From positions 70,494,001 to 70,558,000 of the forward strand of contig NC_042998.1 of assembly GCF_006345805.1 (NCBI RefSeq): a stretch of DNA of 64,000 nucleotides, read 5' to 3'. Positions 1-64,000 of the stretch are shown here, piece by piece. Position 1 is the stretch's first letter; each line of letters starts with the position of its first letter. The notes under the pieces are model-generated. The model was given only the letters and a program-made list of their open reading frames with translations. It was not told where the DNA came from and made no database searches. The stretch is from Octopus sinensis (lineage: Eukaryota). The position numbers and the translations under genes were made by a program.

Positions 1-49
1 CATGTGAGTGGATTTGGTAGACGGAAACTGAAAAGAAGCACATCATATA

Positions 50-89
<40 letters not shown>

Positions 90-240
90 AAATTAGAGAA
101 TGGAGAAACATACTTAAATCAATAAAACATCAACTATCAGATGATACCCAATCAATACTTTAATACACCATTACATATCTAGCAGTATATTGGATATATA
201 TTATCCCATGGTGGGTTGAATTTTCAACCCCTATCTCATT

Positions 241-274
<34 letters not shown>

Positions 275-323
275 CTTATTTCTACCCTGCCCACCTCCAC
301 TACTATAATCATTAATGCCTGTC

Positions 324-358
<35 letters not shown>

Positions 359-789
359 ACCACCACTTGACAACTGGTGTTGGTTTGTTCTTGTCCCCAT
401 AACTTAGTGGTTTGGCAAAAGAGACTGATAGAATAAGTTCAAGGCTTTTTTTAAAAAAAAGTCTTGGGGTCAAATTGTTTCACTGAGACCCTTCAAGGTG
501 GTGCTCCAGTGATAAATCAAACTTAAAATTTCATCTTAATGGAACTATCTTGCATTACAATTTCATAAAATATTTTTCACCATGCAAACTACTTTTAGTT
601 TCCTAGGACTCTTCTGGACAGTAAGTTGCCAGAGTCGTTAGAATGTAGGACAGAATACCTTGTATTTTTTGTGTGTTTCTGTGCTCTGAGTTCAAAACCC
701 ACTAAGGTCAATATTACCTTTCATTCTTCTTTCAGGTGGGTGAGTGGAGGAACCGATAAAAACACTATCAGTCCAGAGTGGTGAATTTG

Positions 790-1143
790 TATAATTGTTA
801 CCAGCCTCGCCTGGCCCCTGTGCCGGTGGCACGTAAAAAGCACCATCCGTTCGTGGCCGTTGCCAGCCTCACCTGGCCCCCGTGCCGGTGGCACGTAAAA
901 AGCACCATCCATCCGTGGCCATTTGCCAGCTCTGTCTGGCACCTGTGCGGGTGGCACGTAAAAAGCACCCACTACACTCACAGAGTGGTTGGCATTAGGA
1001 AGGGCATCCAGCCGTAGAAACACTGCCAGATCAGACTGGGCCTGATGCAGCCTTCTGGCTTCACAGACCCCAGTTGAACCGTCCAACCCATGCTAGCATG
1101 GAAAGCGGACACTAAACAATGATGATGATAATGATGATGATGT
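790..1143 (+). mobile_element. SINE-like family A (modular ~60-bp units, GGAAGGGCATCCAG core, (GAT)n tail)
   Basis: Three ggcacgtaaaaagcacc units, a conserved core and a microsatellite tail. About 15 copies in the window. Confidence 0.85.
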
Positions 1144-1669
1144 TACAGTGTTGAACACAATATCTTGTAGCATCCCCTGAGGCTCTATATTTCTCAGTGC
1201 AAATTCTGCCCTGTCACAAGAAAGAAAGAAAAAAAAAAAACTCACAAAAAAACAGTGATAGTTCTGCTAGGAGTTGTGACCAACAAATAGTATCAGTTAT
1301 TTGGAATTGGAAAACAACCAATAGAAATATAGCTTCCTTGGTTTGATCAGAAGTTTGATCCCTCCCTTACCACCACCATCACTTTACTGTTTATTTTTTG
1401 GCATCTTTTACTTGTTTTAGTCACTGGACTGTGGCCAAGATGGAGCCTCAATAGGTTTAGTCAAACAAATCAACTCCACTACCTGGTTTCTTAAGTCAAG
1501 TACATATTCTATTGGTCTCACTGGCCAACCACTTAGGTTATGGGAATATAAACCAACTAACTCCAGTTGTCAAATGGTTGTGGGGATGGGGAACAAACAC
1601 AGACACACACACATACATGTGTGTGTGTGTATATATATATATATATGTATGCATGTATGTATATATATG

Positions 1670-1708
<39 letters not shown>

Positions 1709-1715
1709 GTAAATA

Positions 1716-2137
1716 GGTGCAGGAGTGGCTGTGTGGTAAGTAGCTTGCTTACCAACCACATGGTTCCGGGTTCAGTCCCACTGCATGGCATCTTGGGCAA
1801 GTGTCTTCTGCTATAGCCTCAGGCCGACCAATGCCCTGTGAGTGGATTTGGTAGACGGAAACTGAAAGAAGCCTGTCGTATATATGTATATATATATATA
1901 AATATGTGTGTGTGTGTATATATGTTTGTGTGTCTGTGTTTGTCCCTCTAGCATTGCTTGACAACCGATGCTGGTGTGTTTACGTCCCCGTCACTTAGCG
2001 GTTCGGTAAAAGAGACCGATAGAATAAGTACTGGGCTTACAAAGAATAAGTCCCGGGATCTATTTGCTCGACTAAAGGCGGTGCTCCAGCATGGCCGCAG
2101 TCAAATGACTGAAACAAGTAAAAGAGTAAAAAAGAGA
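1716..2137 (+). mobile_element. tRNA-headed SINE family B, full-length copy with internal (TA/TG) microsatellite
   Basis: A-box-like TGGCTGTGTGG at 1726 and B-box-like GGTTCAGTCC at 1769. Partial copies near 1-40, 350-510, 4062-4217(-), 14700-14825, 30730-30875, 37850-37950(-), 40727-40900, 61760-61860. Confidence 0.85.
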
Positions 2138-2147
2138 GTATGTGTAT

Positions 2148-3752
2148 ATCATCATCATCATCATCATCATCATTTAGCGTCCGTTTTCCATGCTAGCATG
2201 GGTTGGACGGTTCAACTGGGGTCTGGGGAGCCCGAAGGCTGCACCAGGCCAGTCAGATCTGGCAGTGTTTCTACAGCTGGATGCCCTTCCTAACGCCAAC
2301 CACTCCGAGAGTGTAGTGGGTGATTTTATGTGCCACCGACACAGGTGCCAGACGAGGCTGGCGAACGGCCACGCTCGGATGGTGTTTTTATGTGCCACCG
2401 ACACAGGTGCCAGACGAGGCTGGCAGACGGCCACGCTCGGATGGTGTTTTTATGTGCCACCGACACAGGTGCCAGATGAGGCTGGCAGGTGCCAGACGAG
2501 GCTGGCAGACGGCCACGCTCGGATGGTGTTTTTATGTGCCACCGACACAGGGCCAGATGAGGCTGGCGGACGGCCACGATCGGATGGTGTTTGTTACGTC
2601 CCCAAAGCACGGAGGCCAGTCTACGCGGTACTGGCTATGGCCACGTTCGGATGATTTTCTTGTGTGCCACCGGCACTGGTACCACAAAGATACAAATTCC
2701 ATTTATGTTCATCTATTTTGATTTGTTTTGATTTGATTTGATTTTCACTAGCCTCAACAGGTCTTCACAAGTGTCACTTGCCTCAACAGGTCTTCACAAG
2801 TGTCACAAGAAGGAAGGTATGCACAGGTGGACTGTCTACGTCGCCGGGTCTTCGGATGGTGTCTTTATGTGCCACCGACACAGGTGCCAGATGTGGCTGG
2901 CGAACGGCCACGATCGGATGGTTTTCTTGTGTGCCACCGGTACTGGAACCACAAAGATACAAATTCCATTGATGTTCATATTTTGATTTGGTTTGATTTT
3001 CACTTGCCTCAACAGGTCTTCACAAGTGTCACGCGTGTCACACACTTGCCTCAACAGGTCTCCACAAGTGTCACACACTTGCCTCTGCCTCAACAGGTCT
3101 TCACAAGTGTCACACACTTGCCTCTGCCTCAACAGGTCTTCACAAGTGTCATAAGAGGGAAGGTATGCACAGGTGGACTGACTACGTCGCCGGGTCTTTG
3201 GATGGTGTTTTTATGTGCCACCGACACAGGTGCCAGGTGAGGCTGGCGAACGGCCACGATCAGATGGTGTTTGTTGTGCCCACAGCACGGAGGCCAGTCG
3301 ATGCGGTACCAGCTACGGCCACTTCGGATGGTTTTCTTGTGTGCCACCGGTACTGGAACCACAAAGATACAAATTCCATTGATATTCATCTATTTTGATT
3401 TGGTTTGATTTTCACTTGCCTCAACAGGTCTTCACAAGTGTCACACACTTGCCTCAACAGGTCTTCACAAGTGTCACAAGAAGGAAGGTATGCACAGGTG
3501 GACTGTCTACGTCGCCGGGTCTTCGGATGGTGTCTTTATGTGCCACCGACACAGGTGCCAGATGTGGCTGGCGAACGGCCACGATCGGATGGTTTTCTTG
3601 TGTGCCACCGGTACTGGAACCACAAAGATACAAATTCCATTGATGTTCATCTATTTTGATTTGGTTTGATTTTCACTTGCCTCAACAGGTCTTCACAAGT
3701 GTCACGCGTGTCACACACTTGCCTCAACAGGTCTCCACAAGTGTCACAAGTG

Positions 3753-3755
<3 letters not shown>
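2148..3755 (-). mobile_element. Family A retroposon with expanded hierarchical VNTR head
   Basis: (ATC)n tail at 2148-2172, core to about 2330, ~61-bp units, then four higher-order units starting near 2684, 2951, 3361 and 3622. Confidence 0.88.
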
Positions 3756-3794
<39 letters not shown>

Positions 3795-3932
3795 TATATA
3801 TATTATGTATGTATGTATGTATGTATGTATGTATGTATGTATATATGGTATGTATGTATGTATGTATGTATATATGTATGTATGGTATATGTATGTATGT
3901 ATGTATATATGTATGTATGTATATTTATGTAT

Positions 3933-3966
<34 letters not shown>

Positions 3967-4058
3967 GTATATGTATGTATGTATATATATATATATATGT
4001 ATGTATATATATATATGTATGTATATATATATATGTGTGTGTATGTATGTATATATAT
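3755..4058. repeat. Compound (TA)n/(TATG)n microsatellite
   Basis: Directly visible. It is the source of several spurious YI/YVCM ORFs. Confidence 0.95.
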
Positions 4059-4260
4059 GGTGGGCCCCTGCAGTTTCCAAGTACGAAATTCACTTGCAAA
4101 GCATTTGTTGCCCTGGGGTTATTGTAGAAGACACTTGCCGAAGGTGCTGTGCTGTGGAACCGAACCCCAAAATCTTATGATTACAAAGCAAGCTTCTTAA
4201 CAACACGGCCATACCTGTGTCTGTATTCTTTAATTGAATTTTAATTTCCACATGTTGCAG

Positions 4261-61168
<56,908 letters not shown>

Positions 61169-62066
61169 AACCACAGGATAAATAGATTTAAGATGTATCT
61201 TAAGGCATACACAAAAGATATATACACTTATACATGCATATGTACATGCATGTGCATGCACACACTCACACACACACACATATATACACATGCACACACA
61301 TGTGCTCACACAATCATATACTCTCTCTTCTAGGCACAGGTTTTATCTTTCACAATGTGACACTCATGTATAACATGCAATCTATTCCTCTGTCACCCAT
61401 TCTGTTAAAAGCAACATGGTGCCAACATCCTACACACACACACACACACACACAAATATATATATGTATGTGTACATGAGTGTATATGTGCCTATATATA
61501 TGCCAGGTGGATCTTGCAGGTCTGTGAAGATGCAGTGCTACCTCTCTCAAAAGCAGCAAACAGAGAATTTGACTGAAGAGGGTAGTTGTGGTTCTGTTGA
61601 CAACAGACATCAAAGGATCAAGGGTCTGGAGAGGTCTAAGTGACTAAGATGAAAAATACATATATATACATACTTATACACACACACACATACACACACA
61701 CATGCACACACAGAGTGAAAGATACATACATATGTGTGTAGGGGTATATGTATATTGCTTCCCAATTACAAGGTCCAGGGTTTGATCCCACTGCGTGGTA
61801 TCTTGGGCAAGCATCTCGGATTGATCTGTGCCTTGTGAGTGAACTTGGGATGGTCTGTATCGGTAAGTCAATGATCCAACCTTGTCACACTGATTATGCT
61901 GGAGAATTACTTTTGAGATAAATATAACCATGGGATATTCAGCCACTTACATGCTAATTCAGTTGATTGAACAACTGAAAACCCGTTACTCATTGTCAGA
62001 AATTCTGATCAAGATCCATTAATATATATATATATATGTATATTTATGTGTGTGCATGAGTGTCTG

Positions 62067-62102
<36 letters not shown>

Positions 62103-62307
62103 ATATATCCCATTGTAATAGTGGTGATAACTCCAGTATTCCAGTGTGTAGAGAGATAAAGATCTTGTCTCTACTTGAAACTCCATTCTTCACCAAAGCA
62201 TCTATTCTGTGGTGAGATAATGATCTGCAATTATAGACAAGTAACTACCATGCGGCTGTAGTATATACTGACAAGCTGTTCTATTCTCTATAATTAGAAC
62301 CCTAAAT

Positions 62308-62313
62308 AATAAA
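62308..62313 (+). other. Candidate polyadenylation signal AATAAA (others at 62980, 63442, 63769/63773)
   Basis: Hexamer match only, downstream of the stop. The site actually used is unknown. Confidence 0.2.
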
Positions 62314-64000
62314 ACAAAGGGGGTCACTAATTAGGTTTCGTCCTCTGTTGTTGTTCATTGTGCCATTTAACAGTGTTACTGCTGGACCATTTCTGCGATA
62401 CTTCCAAGAGTATACCCAAACATTTACTTTACAGCAACTCCCTGCAAAAGACGAGAGCCTTTTCCTCTAAATCCCGACTTTCTGGACCCTATGAAGGAGC
62501 CACAATGAAATTACTCAACCTGCTAGAAAAGCAGCTAAATCTCCTTCAACCACACCCTACCCTCTTAAATAATGGACTTATTTAGGTAATCTAATACCTG
62601 ATATATAAAATGACTGGATGATCACTTTTGGAATGTATCGGATCATTGATGGATTTGGGCAGAGCTGGTGCTAAACAACAATAACAACTATTGTCCATAC
62701 AACCCTCTCCCCAAAACGTAACTTTTCAAACTGACCATTCACTACACAATCTTCCTCTAGTTATGTGTCTCTCCACTGACTGGATAATGCAACACAGTAA
62801 GAGGTGTTAATCCACTACTCATCACACATCTTTAATACAATTATTTTATAATTAATGTTATAGTTGAGGCAAGTTACTTAGGTTAAAGATTTGAGTGTCT
62901 TAACCCGAGAGAAATTGCATGAATATAGTTCAGCAGTGTGGCATGATGTTACAGATAGATAGATATAGATACATGGAACAATAAATAGGTGTTAAACATT
63001 ACATACACACATTTATATATATATATAAATTCTTGAATCAATGGTCAAAAGAGACAAAAAATCCAAAGAGCCAGAAAATTTTCTATGAGATAAACTACTA
63101 TAGAGCAAATGATGATATCTTACAGATATAATATTTTAGCAAAAAAACTCCATTTTCACTAATTCAAAAGTTCATCTGAAATACCAAGTTTCAGATGAAG
63201 TTTCAAATTTGTGAAAGTAGAGTTTTTTTTTTTTTTTTTTTTTTTTCGCTAAAATATTAAATCTGTAAAAGACAAATCTCTATATATATTCCATGTTTAG
63301 AACAGTTTTTGGAGGGATGGTTTTCTGATGAGATTCATTTCAGTCAAGAGACAAACAGTATATGGGCAACAGTTGACTGACAAAAGGGGCTGCCACAACT
63401 GTCTTTCGTATGTTTCTGGTACCATTCTACACTCAGACAGAAATAAAAAAAAAACAAAGAAAAAAACAGAAACAAAACAAACTTCATAGTTCCACACTAC
63501 CACCTATATACACTAGTGTGTGTGTTTGTATAAGTGTGCCTGCATACATAAATGTGTGTGTGTTTGTGTACACACACAAAATACATTTATTTCACCCTGT
63601 CATTCCCCATGTGCATCTAAAAATGTGTATTTATACACACATATATGTATGTATGTATGTGTGTGCATATATATATATCTGTTCAAAGCAAATGGTTTAC
63701 TCTGTTGCTACTTAGAAGTTTCAGCTATATGCCTCTTTCAGGTGCCCAAAATGAAAATGAAAAAAAAAAATAAATAAAAGAATTAACTAAAAAAACATTG
63801 ATTGCTTTATCACCTGAAGTATTGCATGTGGTAAGAAACTCTGAGCAGCAGCTGAGTTAAACATCAGCTTTAGAAAAAAAAAAACTCTGACATCTGTCAA
63901 GTACTTTTTCTCCTATTTGTTTACCCAAAGTATACACACGCATGCACACATACATATACATATGCATACACACAAACACACACATATCTCTATATGCATG

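Noticed and set aside
736-739. 4-nt microexon or AG|GT site (ttctttcag|GTGG|gtgagt)
   Set aside because: It lies inside a decayed family C SINE whose core is naturally pyrimidine-rich. There is no upstream exon in the window to test phase, so it is likely chance.
2190-3659. Repetitive ORFs (CHRHRCQ, VPPTQVPD and similar)
   Set aside because: They are translations of the family A tandem units, recurring at every copy in several frames, with no domain signature.
2684-3755. CRISPR-like look of short hairpin repeats
   Set aside because: The context is a eukaryotic intron, the intervening sequences are themselves repeated rather than unique spacers, and there are no cas genes. It is a VNTR in a retroposon.

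Overview
Eukaryotic, AT-rich, microsatellite-dense genomic DNA. The repeat families look like those of an octopus (coleoid cephalopod); this is recognition from memory, not a search result. The window holds the 3' part of one + strand gene, a SASH1/SAMSN1-family scaffold (SH3 + SAM1 + C-terminal SAM2). I assembled 12 phase-compatible GT-AG exons from 4261 to the stop at 61168, about 1040 codons; the 5' end lies upstream of the window. The introns are filled with at least five SINE-like families, two Penelope-like fragments, CR1/L2- and RTE-like LINE relics, Tc1/mariner, piggyBac and hAT MITEs, and a Helentron-type element. The most unusual structures are: (i) a 4.4 kb strand-symmetric retroposon array (about 7 SINE copies on +, then about 7 on -) ending about 375 nt before a 57-nt in-frame exon; (ii) a retroposon with a hierarchical hairpin-unit VNTR and an inverted sister copy; (iii) minimal hammerhead-ribozyme-like motifs in short solo elements; (iv) a near-perfect 590-bp tandem duplication beside a 32-bp fold-back; (v) an ambiguous C-terminus with a donor-like site over the stop codon. 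I found no evidence of a prokaryotic-type system, CRISPR array, rRNA or true tRNA gene. No searches or folding programs were run, and repeat boundaries are approximate unless TIRs or TSDs are given.
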